A stretch of 64,000 bases of DNA from a virus, in the IMG/VR virus record IMGVR_UViG_3300022872_000001, positions 1-64,000 of that record; one strand, given 5' to 3'. The notes beneath the pieces were generated by a model that was not told the DNA's origin, did no database searches, and was given only the letters and a program-made list of their open reading frames with translations. How positions within the stretch are numbered: position 1 is the stretch's first letter; each line of letters opens with the position of its first letter. Below, one piece after another: positions 1 through 8,207 of this stretch. The translations under genes were made by a program, and so were the position numbers.

Positions 1-1014
1 TTTCAATTCCTTCTTTGACATATACGTTTCGTTGGGATTAGGATCGAATCGCCGAGGATTCAATCCTACCTTAACCATCCATGCTTTCCATTCAGCACCG
101 TGTCCTGCTTCTTCCATTGAGAAGGATTTATCGATATCCGTAACTGCTTGATGACACATCTCATGCAAAAATATCTCGACAAAGAAGTCCAGGTGAGCAT
201 TGAATGTGCGTGGTGCCATTTCCAGGACACGCGGAGAGGGAAACCAACGACCTCTGGTACGTAATTTTTTTGCTTGGACATTAGGCATTAACTGAATTGC
301 CCTAGGGGCTGGCAATGCACCATGGAATTTTGCAGTATTCAAATGAGTCCACAATTGCTTCATGAACTTAATACGATAACCGGAGTCATCCATGTTCTGC
401 GCATACATATACTCCTGTTTCAGACGATCAGGGATACCTACGTGAGGTACCTTAGTATCGTCATTCATATGCGAGCCAGGAAGATCAGGCGTCTGGCGTG
501 GCTGGAACGTAATCTTTGGGGGCAACCCCGGGACGTTCACAAAGGTATTCTCGTCGTGAATGGTAGGAACAGGAATGAAAGGTTTAGCAGGTCCTGACGG
601 AGAATGCTGTTGCCTTTCCAAAAGTGCCTTAGGTATCCTGAGTGTACCCGGAGCCTTAGGCTCAACAGGAACATCCACTATCTTCTGACGTTTAGGTTTC
701 TCTCGGGTAGGTTCAACCGTATGTAGTTTCGCAGGTTTATCACTGTTCTTCAAAACCACAATATTGGATCTAGGTTTTACCACGATCATACCGTTGGTAC
801 CAAACTTCCAAGACAGGTAGTTATCTACAGGCTTGGACTTACCGAGTAGACCATCTAAGCCAGATTCATTGTAGGATTCAAAGTGAAAGGACACGCGGTT
901 TTCGCTATCACCTTTCAAGCTTAATCCTGTAAATCCCATATCTTGCAGGAACGTCTGAGCTTTGACTTGATCAGCTCGACTTGCTTTTAGTCTTTTCGCC
1001 GCTATAATGAGCAT
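1..1014 (-). CDS. SprT-like zinc metalloprotease (3'-partial, runs off window start)
   Basis: Not in ORF track. Hand translation from ATG at 1014 (alternative 939) is open to position 1: MLIIAAKRLKAS...FLHEMCHQAV...GHGAEWKAWMVKVG. HEXXH followed by HG..W is the SprT pattern. Confidence 0.75.
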   Translation of the reverse strand, partial: MLIIAAKRLKASRADQVKAQTFLQDMGFTGLSLKGDSENRVSFHFESYNESGLDGLLGKSKPVDNYLSWKFGTNGMIVVKPRSNIVVLKNSDKPAKLHTVEPTREKPKRQKIVDVPVEPKAPGTLRIPKALLERQQHSPSGPAKPFIPVPTIHDENTFVNVPGLPPKITFQPRQTPDLPGSHMNDDTKVPHVGIPDRLKQEYMYAQNMDDSGYRIKFMKQLWTHLNTAKFHGALPAPRAIQLMPNVQAKKLRTRGRWFPSPRVLEMAPRTFNAHLDFFVEIFLHEMCHQAVTDIDKSFSMEEAGHGAEWKAWMVKVGLNPRRFDPNPNETYMSKKELK

Positions 1015-1387
1015 CTAATGTCCCCTGAAGAGATTTCCGAAAGTTTTCGGTGAATAGGCCTCGCATCAAGTAATCTGCACGGGTTTGGCCTAACTGTTGA
1101 ATTAAGGAATGTTGAACACGCTTACGTAGTGCTATATAGGCTTCCCTATATTCGTGCGCACTGGTTAGATGCCATAATGACCGCAAAGCTGCTACACGCA
1201 CGAATGGACTCTTACCTTCCCAAGGAAGCTCAGCTATCTGCTTAAGCTGTTCAATCTTGCCTTTATTAGATAAAGCGAGAATCGTTTGCATGAGATTCTT
1301 AACCGCTCTTTCGTCAGGGAGAACCTTAATAACCTCGTACCAAAGGGATACATCTGTCATGAGATTTTCTTGTGTTTTTAAATCCAT
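971..1387 (-). CDS. hypothetical protein
   Basis: 138-aa ORF in the co-oriented gene run. Confidence 0.6.
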   Translation of the reverse strand: MDLKTQENLMTDVSLWYEVIKVLPDERAVKNLMQTILALSNKGKIEQLKQIAELPWEGKSPFVRVAALRSLWHLTSAHEYREAYIALRKRVQHSLIQQLGQTRADYLMRGLFTENFRKSLQGTLDAHYSGEKTKSKSS

Positions 1388-1390
1388 TGC

Positions 1391-3061
1391 TTATCCTTGT
1401 GCATCAAATTTTTCAAGGAATTTCGGTATGCGAAAACCAAGTTGTCGAAAGAAAAAGATCTGTACTTCCGGTGAAATATAGTTTGCTAAGGCGGTGGTTC
1501 CTGTTACCTTGGTTGTACCTGCCATTCGCCGAACGTGGTTTAAGGCTTTACCAACGGCCTCACTCATCTTCTTCAAAGCAGCCAGTGCTTCCTTCTCCGT
1601 CTTAGGACGTTTATTGCTATTCAATAAATCGTTCATTAGTGTGGTGAATATATGGGTGCCTTTGACTGTCCGCAATTTATGGACCGTGGTTTCGCCTCCA
1701 CCTACAGCCTTGAAGTAACCATTAACTTCCGTAGAAGTAATCGGGCGTTTCTTTCCACCTGCAGTCTCTACAGTGAATATCCGTTCATTAGGTTCTTTAT
1801 TGGTTAGAAGAATATCCAATGCGTGGATGACAAAGCGTTGGTCATTATCCGACTTCAAAAGTTTATGTGTCGTAGCTACGCCGTCCTTACCTTTGTACTT
1901 CAAGGTGATATTACCAGAAGGATCTATGATCGCGTGCTTAACCAATAAGGTAGCCACACCATAGGTAGATTGACCTGCTGCCTTATTACCAACAGAACCA
2001 ATACGTGCCGAAAATTCATAAAGGATTTCCAGGACAACAGATACCACATCCTTGGCACTGGTTGGTTCAAACTTACGCACATTGGCGAACCAGCGCTTAC
2101 GCATTCCGTCTATCTTACCTGTTAAGTCTGCTACCTTCTTGAACTTCTTTTGTGCGGTATCCTTCTTAAAATCAGAAGTGTAATAGGTAGGGCCACGTCC
2201 ACCGTCTTTACGATCGGCACGGAATACCCAGTCACCACCGTCCGGTTTACCGTAGGTTGGATTCATTACGATAGTAGGGAAGGTTACGGCATTTGGCATA
2301 CCGTCAATCATCTTTCCCTTATTGGTATAAAGACGGGAACGGTCATCAATGAAACCATCAAAACCTGTAGACATCAGATGATCGATACCGTTCATCTTGA
2401 GGTAATTCAAGGCATCGGTGTACGGAACTTTGTCCTTACCTGATTTACGGATATATGAAACAAGCGCATCCTTCCACGATTGATTGAAAGCTCTCCGCAA
2501 AAGGAGGTAGGCTTTATACTCCTCGGGATTAGTTTCCGATAGTTGCTTGGCTTCGTCCAAGGTTAAGGCGGAATCCTTACGACCAACTAACCCTTGAACC
2601 AAGGTTTCCAGTTGCTTACGTGTAGATGCCTGATCCGTAGCGGTAGGAGCTAAGCGCTGCACTACCCAAGGGCTTTCCGAAGCACTGGCGAATTTCACCA
2701 ATTTACTAATAGCTGATTCCGATTGAGTACGGAAGAAGGCACCAAAAGCCTTAAACAACTCGAGGTCTTCGAAAGGAACTTCCTGATCGTTCTTAGCACC
2801 TTCCATCAATGCCTTAATTTCCTCACCGAGGCGCTGGTAAACAGCCTCTTTGTTACGTCCTCGTTGAATCTGCATCAAACCTTCACGCAAACTTGGTAAG
2901 GCTTTCTCCCATACTGGGATTATGTCCTTGGCTAGTGCATTGATTTCCAGTGTTGTATCGCTATCAGGTTTATTCTTACCTGATTCTAGGTAGTCAACCA
3001 ACAACACATAGAACAACTGAAGGAGTGGAGTTATACGGGAGGCGATAATCAGTGTTGGCAT
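1391..3061 (-). CDS. type IB DNA topoisomerase with long N-terminal extension
   Basis: Poxvirus/bacterial TopIB catalytic motifs in order: ARIG..N....TYG..TL...H, YKGKDG, HKLRT, NH...ANY (catalytic Tyr). Confidence 0.85.
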   Translation of the reverse strand: MPTLIIASRITPLLQLFYVLLVDYLESGKNKPDSDTTLEINALAKDIIPVWEKALPSLREGLMQIQRGRNKEAVYQRLGEEIKALMEGAKNDQEVPFEDLELFKAFGAFFRTQSESAISKLVKFASASESPWVVQRLAPTATDQASTRKQLETLVQGLVGRKDSALTLDEAKQLSETNPEEYKAYLLLRRAFNQSWKDALVSYIRKSGKDKVPYTDALNYLKMNGIDHLMSTGFDGFIDDRSRLYTNKGKMIDGMPNAVTFPTIVMNPTYGKPDGGDWVFRADRKDGGRGPTYYTSDFKKDTAQKKFKKVADLTGKIDGMRKRWFANVRKFEPTSAKDVVSVVLEILYEFSARIGSVGNKAAGQSTYGVATLLVKHAIIDPSGNITLKYKGKDGVATTHKLLKSDNDQRFVIHALDILLTNKEPNERIFTVETAGGKKRPITSTEVNGYFKAVGGGETTVHKLRTVKGTHIFTTLMNDLLNSNKRPKTEKEALAALKKMSEAVGKALNHVRRMAGTTKVTGTTALANYISPEVQIFFFRQLGFRIPKFLEKFDAQG

Positions 3062-3106
3062 TTTATTTCCTGTTATTTGTAGGCAAGCATGTTATTAAAT
3101 TGCAGG

Positions 3107-3688
3107 TTAGCTAGCTATCCAGGAATGCCCTTTTATTGAGTAGGAATAAAACGTGAAGAGGTTTTCTAAAGAAGTTTTACTAGGTATTGCCAGGTATAAG
3201 TATTTGTCATCCATACTCATACGAATTAAGGGTGAGCAGGGCTGTATTTTGTAACTCATATACTCGACACGCGCAGCCGTCACATGAACCACGTTGTAGT
3301 AGGAATTACATTTGGCATTTCGAGTGGTTTTAATTTCGAGTAGGATAAAGGTATTCTTTGCGTCACTTACCGAATCCCTTAGAGTAATAGACTCAATACC
3401 ATTATTGAAAACGTGTGCGTATAATCGGTTACCTCGCTTAACCGCTAAGGCGTTTATGGTTCGTTGGGGATTCTTACCGCAGATTATAGGTGCACCTGCC
3501 GTTATAGGTGCAGATAATTGAGAAGGTATAGATACTCCTGAATCAATCGTACACGTGTTGTTGACGATGAACTCAATATTAGGAGTGTCCAATAATGGGG
3601 AGGAAGGACTTTGAATTAGAAGAACTACTGGCCAGATTAGGAAGCAGGTTAAGGACAAGGCTATACAAAATCGGTGCGAACTTTTCAT
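3107..3688 (-). CDS. hypothetical exported/membrane-anchored protein
   Basis: 193 aa, hydrophobic N-terminal segment. Confidence 0.55.
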   Translation of the reverse strand: MKSSHRFCIALSLTCFLIWPVVLLIQSPSSPLLDTPNIEFIVNNTCTIDSGVSIPSQLSAPITAGAPIICGKNPQRTINALAVKRGNRLYAHVFNNGIESITLRDSVSDAKNTFILLEIKTTRNAKCNSYYNVVHVTAARVEYMSYKIQPCSPLIRMSMDDKYLYLAIPSKTSLENLFTFYSYSIKGHSWIAS

Positions 3689-3714
3689 GTTGTTTTCCTT
3701 TTCAAAAATACAAA

Positions 3715-3737
3715 GAGCGAGGTTAAGTACCTCGCTC
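3715..3737 (-). terminator. putative intrinsic terminator
   Basis: GAGCGAGGT/ACCTCGCTC 9-bp stem, T-rich tail on minus strand, intergenic. Confidence 0.55.
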
Positions 3738-3752
3738 GTTATTACTTTAATT

Positions 3753-4064
3753 TTAAAGCTTTACGCCCTGGCGTAGTTGTTTCACGGTTTGTTCGAGAGA
3801 GATAATATGACGTTCGAGATTCTCTTTACTGGATAAGTAATCCTCCTCCGCCATATCTACGTCCTCCCCCTTATAGCTTTGGTCTTGATAACACTGTGCG
3901 TCAAGACCAAAAGCGTTTACCAGTTGCTGAGATTTCTTTGATAGCTGAGGCTTTTTACGTTTCAACTTGACTGAGTCTAGTTCCTTCTTAGCGATTTCTA
4001 AGGCACGTAACATAACATCTGCAGGAATACTGAGTTCCGCAATAGTTTTAGGTTTCTTGGTCAT
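3753..4064 (-). CDS. hypothetical protein
   Basis: 103-aa ORF with AGGAG RBS. Confidence 0.65.
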   Translation of the reverse strand: MTKKPKTIAELSIPADVMLRALEIAKKELDSVKLKRKKPQLSKKSQQLVNAFGLDAQCYQDQSYKGEDVDMAEEDYLSSKENLERHIISLEQTVKQLRQGVKL

Positions 4065-4073
4065 TTTTGCTCC

Positions 4074-4430
4074 TTAGGGTAAGCGAATAACCTTCAATGA
4101 ATCTTCCGCGTAGCCACCGTCTGACATTCCCGACAGACACGCTTTATTCCAGCTAGTAAGAGGACCACCCATATCTATCGTCTGTTCCCAGTACTGGAAG
4201 ACTGACAAGGGTTTAAAGCTTAGCGTGTATAATGGCGTCCCGTCGCAATCCCGACCATGGCGTACAACTAGGAGACGCAAGCCATTCAGCTCATTGCTTT
4301 TCCCGTCTTCTGGCTCCAGACCAACAACTTCAACGAGAGCACCAAGAGGAATATTGTGTTTCATCTCTCCGTTCTTTTGACGCCACGACTTTCCTGGAAT
4401 GTCAGAGGGCGTGTCGCATACGTTTATCAT
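4074..4430 (-). CDS. conserved phage hypothetical protein
   Basis: HNIPLGALVEV...RDCDGTPLY pattern, recalled from phage hypothetical proteins. Confidence 0.65.
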   Translation of the reverse strand: MINVCDTPSDIPGKSWRQKNGEMKHNIPLGALVEVVGLEPEDGKSNELNGLRLLVVRHGRDCDGTPLYTLSFKPLSVFQYWEQTIDMGGPLTSWNKACLSGMSDGGYAEDSLKVIRLP

Positions 4431-4483
4431 TTCTGTTCCTTAATGGACGGAAAGGGCGCAGCCGAAACTACGCCCGTTTTGGA

Positions 4484-5197
4484 TTAGAATTTCAGATGGT
4501 AGGGTTGCAGGTCAAGATTACCGAAGACAGTATCCTTAAAGCTTTCGGATTTCAGGAACTTGTCTTTCGGTGCATCCGGTTGATCAACCAAAGACTTCAT
4601 GATCATTTTCGGATATTCGCCTTCATAGTAAACCTGAAGTTCGCCTTCACCGCCCTTTGCCTTATGCTTGGCGTTGTGATTGGCGTAGGTAGCTTCCTTG
4701 TCGGAGTCATCTTTGACAAAGCGGGTCATCACGCCGTCGATAACATCCTGCATGTCATCATCGTGCAACACACCGATTGATTCCTGCATAGAGGCTGCGG
4801 TGTTGACGATATCATCCAGATAGAAAGCAATACTTTCAGGAGTAGGGTTATTAGAAAACAACAGCATCAGGTCGGAGAAGCGACGTTCCAGCTTATCCAT
4901 TTCCCGCTCAAAAACAGCCCAGATTTGAGGGGCATTCAGGTGACGAAGTTCCCAACCAGGGATACCTATCATGTGATGACCACCATAGGCAAAGACACAG
5001 ATATCGCAAAGTGCATCGCGCACCTGACTCATGTTTCTTTCTGAATAGGCGGTGTTCAATTCTCCGATTTCATCACCAATGTTCTTGCATTGGTTCTGGA
5101 CGCGTGCAAAATCAGGATTAGTACGCACACCTTCGGCATTGCCAAAAGCCAGGTTCATTGCTGCTACGATTTTAAACGAGTTGTTGGTAGATTGCAT
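4484..5197 (-). CDS. MazG-like/all-alpha NTP pyrophosphohydrolase
   Basis: DEIGEL...VRDALCDICVFAYG matches the ExxE...DxxxD metal-binding pattern. Confidence 0.7.
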   Translation of the reverse strand: MQSTNNSFKIVAAMNLAFGNAEGVRTNPDFARVQNQCKNIGDEIGELNTAYSERNMSQVRDALCDICVFAYGGHHMIGIPGWELRHLNAPQIWAVFEREMDKLERRFSDLMLLFSNNPTPESIAFYLDDIVNTAASMQESIGVLHDDDMQDVIDGVMTRFVKDDSDKEATYANHNAKHKAKGGEGELQVYYEGEYPKMIMKSLVDQPDAPKDKFLKSESFKDTVFGNLDLQPYHLKF

Positions 5198-5234
5198 ATT
5201 TATTCCTTTGTGGGTTAATGGATGTTACGTTACT

Positions 5235-5244
5235 TATTTACTGC
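5235..5244 (-). promoter_or_regulatory. YAGTAAATA phage promoter-like motif
   Basis: GCAGTAAATA on minus strand ~40 nt upstream of the MazG-like start; motif recurs throughout the window. Confidence 0.65.
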
Positions 5245-5265
5245 GGATTCTTAGGAATTCATTCT

Positions 5266-5523
5266 TCATTCTTCCTTCTTTTCCTTTGCCTCTAGTTTCC
5301 TGAACTTAGTTTCTGGATCAAAGATGAGTTTCAGAGCTTTCTTCAGAATCTCCTCTGATTCATCCCAAGGCAAGGTCATACCTTGATGACCAACCTGCCA
5401 TTCCGTATCTTTCTTACGCTTGAACATCTTCCGTAGAGACAAATACTTGTTACCGTCAGCCATCTTTATGGCTTCAATCTGAATAGCTGCACTTGGAGTA
5501 AGTTCGATGATCTTCTTGGTCAT
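5266..5523 (-). CDS. PC4/Sub1-like ssDNA-binding protein
   Basis: YLSLRKMFK...EWQVGHQGMTLPW resembles the PC4 pattern IR.FY...W.P.K.GISL; 85 aa. Confidence 0.6.
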   Translation of the reverse strand: MTKKIIELTPSAAIQIEAIKMADGNKYLSLRKMFKRKKDTEWQVGHQGMTLPWDESEEILKKALKLIFDPETKFRKLEAKEKKEE

Positions 5524-5801
5524 GATTCGATACCTGTATTAAAAGGATTGGCTGGATCAATTTTCTTACCATTCACGGCATCCCACAATTCCCAAACTAC
5601 AGAATCAGAAGAATCTAAGGATTTTTCGTTGGCATTATGGCAAGCCTTTTGCTTGAATTTATACGTAACAGGAATTTCTCTACTACGGATATAGCATTTT
5701 CCTTCGTAAGGTTTCCCTTCGTATTTTTCATTGGAGGGAAATAAATGGTAGCGTGGAGTCTGTTTGAAACCACGCTGTAGGATTCTAAACAGTCTAGCCA
5801 T
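5520..5801 (-). CDS. hypothetical protein
   Basis: Start refined to ATG 5801 (GGAG upstream, just after the upstream stop). Confidence 0.55.
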   Translation of the reverse strand: MARLFRILQRGFKQTPRYHLFPSNEKYEGKPYEGKCYIRSREIPVTYKFKQKACHNANEKSLDSSDSVVWELWDAVNGKKIDPANPFNTGIES

Positions 5802-5802
5802 A

Positions 5803-6843
5803 TTACCAATCTCCGGAGGAACCGCCGCCATCGAAACTGCTGCTCGAACTGCTAGAGTCAAATGAGGATGAACTGTCTGACGAGGAACTTCCATAGGAAG
5901 AAGAGCTGGTATCTGACGATGAAGACCTTGAGGAACTGCTCAACGAACCGATTAGGAAACCTGTAGCAAAGTCTGAGTCATTGCGCCGACGATTGTCTCT
6001 TTCCTCTTCTTCCTCTTCTTGACGTTTCTTGCGTTTGGTTGTTTCCTCATCCTGATTTTGTTTAGTCTTGGTATAGGCGTCTTGCCGAGTTACCACATTT
6101 AAATAGGTAGAATTTGAGGCTGCTTGGCGTATCTGTGCATTGTGTAATTCCTGTTCTCTTTCCCTACGACGTTCCTGTTCCTTTTGCAAATTCAATTTAC
6201 GTTGTTGTTCCTTATATCTGCTATGAAGGGTATTTGCAGCGTACACTACCATAAGTAGAGCGCCTGTGGTCAGGAGAATAATTACAATGATTGTTCCTGA
6301 GTCCTCAGGCTTAGGCTGATTCTCGGCAACTATTTCAGGTTTGAGTCCCGAGTAGGTTCCAGCTTTGGTTAAGAATATACCTATCGCTTTGCCATAATCC
6401 TTATTCTGCATTGCAGGTCTCATCGCATCAATGATCTCTGACGCACACGAATCGGTTAAGGTAGTTCCCATAACCCGTGATGTTTCAATCCGCATCTTAT
6501 GATCGCCTAACGAGATGATTAGCAAGGCAGAGCGTTCATCATCCTTATGTCCCGGCCTCCAAGCTTCGGCTACGCGTAAACCATACTGCTCAATAGTTTC
6601 ACCGTCCAGTTTAGGAATAATCACGGCTAGGAAGGTTGCACCTGTCTGTTGATCAATATCCTGTGAATACTTCCTTAAAGAAACAAGCTGGTCATCCGTT
6701 AAGGATGCGGTCATGTCCACAATTCGTGCAGGCTCCGGAATTGCCGTCTCTGCATGAACATAACCCGTCATCATTCCGATACCTAGAATCAGCATGAAAA
6801 GCAAATAAATATTGCGTCCATGTTTATTAAAGAATTTTTTCAT
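5803..6843 (-). CDS. TPM-domain (YgcG-like) membrane protein
   Basis: Signal peptide; RIVDMTASL...ETIEQYGLRVAEAW..G...D...LLIISLGDHKMRIET; TM helix; Ser/Gly tail ending FDGGGSSGDW. Confidence 0.85.
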   Translation of the reverse strand: MKKFFNKHGRNIYLLFMLILGIGMMTGYVHAETAIPEPARIVDMTASLTDDQLVSLRKYSQDIDQQTGATFLAVIIPKLDGETIEQYGLRVAEAWRPGHKDDERSALLIISLGDHKMRIETSRVMGTTLTDSCASEIIDAMRPAMQNKDYGKAIGIFLTKAGTYSGLKPEIVAENQPKPEDSGTIIVIILLTTGALLMVVYAANTLHSRYKEQQRKLNLQKEQERRREREQELHNAQIRQAASNSTYLNVVTRQDAYTKTKQNQDEETTKRKKRQEEEEEERDNRRRNDSDFATGFLIGSLSSSSRSSSSDTSSSSYGSSSSDSSSSFDSSSSSSSFDGGGSSGDW

Positions 6844-6852
6844 GACTGCTCC

Positions 6853-7509
6853 TTATTTGAATTGAACAACTGGCGCATTTTGAAGATCAGCGTCATTACC
6901 GAAGGTAAGCTGAGGACGCGGTTGCAACTGAAAGAAACCAGCAACTATGTTTCCAGGGAATACACGAATGATCAAATTCTGTTTGCGTACGGATTCGATG
7001 TATCTATTACGTGCAACAGCAATGCGATTCTCTGTACCTTCCAATTGAGCATGTAGATCACGGAAGGCTTGGTTAGCTTTCAGATTAGGATAGTTCTCCG
7101 TAAGCATCATGAGCTTGGACAACGCATTTGTGAAGTCACCCTGCCGTTGACTGAATTGTTTCATTGCCTCAGGATCTTTCAAAGCTTCTGGCGAAAGCTG
7201 AATTGAATTAGCTTTCGCTCGTGCCTCGATAACGCCAGTCAGTGTAGACTTCTCGAAGTTTGCTTCACCTTGAACAGTAGCAACTAGCGCAGGTACGAGA
7301 CCAGAGCGCCGTTTGTACATGTTGGTAATTTCAGCCAGGGCTGCGTTGGTATTCTCATCCGCAACATTGAAACTGTTGTAGGTACCCTTTACAGTGTTGG
7401 CGATACCAATACAACTAATAACTAGGAATAGGACGATGACAGCTAGTACACCTAATAGCAGGTGCCATGGTTTGAGTACGTAGCCTTGTTTTGTATTTTC
7501 CATTTTCAT
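6853..7509 (-). CDS. lemA: LemA family protein
   Basis: N-terminal TM; YKRRSGLVPALVATV, ENYPNLKANQAF..L..QLEGTENRIAVARNRY. Confidence 0.92.
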   Translation of the reverse strand: MKMENTKQGYVLKPWHLLLGVLAVIVLFLVISCIGIANTVKGTYNSFNVADENTNAALAEITNMYKRRSGLVPALVATVQGEANFEKSTLTGVIEARAKANSIQLSPEALKDPEAMKQFSQRQGDFTNALSKLMMLTENYPNLKANQAFRDLHAQLEGTENRIAVARNRYIESVRKQNLIIRVFPGNIVAGFFQLQPRPQLTFGNDADLQNAPVVQFK

Positions 7510-7565
7510 TCCTTAAAAATTGGTTCTTCGGTTCGAAACTGCATTCGGATTGGTCGGACTACTTA

Positions 7566-7829
7566 TTAAATACCCTTAAGTTTATCCAATTCATTCTGCA
7601 ATATGGCGATGTGACCATTTGCAGCATTCAATGCTTCCTGCAAACGTTTGTTTGAGCTGATAAGTCTCAATTCGCTAATGCTGACGATTTTAGGATCATC
7701 AACTACAGGGTCAGGAGAACCTGACAAAGCAGGATGATTCCTACGCAGGTTATTGATTACAGATTGCTCCCTTTGCAGCATTTGTTGGCGATCAAGTTCG
7801 GCTAATTCCGTAAAGATATTCATTTTCAA
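7566..7829 (-). CDS. hypothetical protein
   Basis: 87 aa, coiled-coil-like C-terminus. Confidence 0.55.
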   Translation of the reverse strand: MKMNIFTELAELDRQQMLQREQSVINNLRRNHPALSGSPDPVVDDPKIVSISELRLISSNKRLQEALNAANGHIAILQNELDKLKGI

Positions 7830-7833
7830 ACCC

Positions 7834-8184
7834 TTAGTTGTTATATTCAGGGCGCAGCATGTCGTAATGACTGCGGCGATAGTTGGCGCGCTCCATTTGA
7901 TCCTCGTAGGAACCGGGGATAAGGGGAGGCTCCATTCGATTACGATAAATCACCTGCTGAGTAGGTATAGGAGCTGCGCTAGAACTCTGAGGTGCGAAGT
8001 TATTTATTACAGGTGCAGGTGGATTGTTAATGATGATAGGTGCTTGGGTAGCAGGCTGCAAGGATTTAGCAATCGTGCTTAGACGTTCGAGATGATCTAA
8101 TTGCACGTCCATCTCTGTTTTCTTGGGAGCAGAGGAGCATGCGGTTAAAACGAGTGTCAGCAAAAGGATAGAAAAGGCTTTCAT
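7834..8184 (-). CDS. putative lipoprotein
   Basis: MKAFSILLLTLVLTAC lipobox. Confidence 0.7.
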   Translation of the reverse strand: MKAFSILLLTLVLTACSSAPKKTEMDVQLDHLERLSTIAKSLQPATQAPIIINNPPAPVINNFAPQSSSAAPIPTQQVIYRNRMEPPLIPGSYEDQMERANYRRSHYDMLRPEYNN

Positions 8185-8207
8185 GATATTCTCCTAAAGA
8201 GGTAGTG

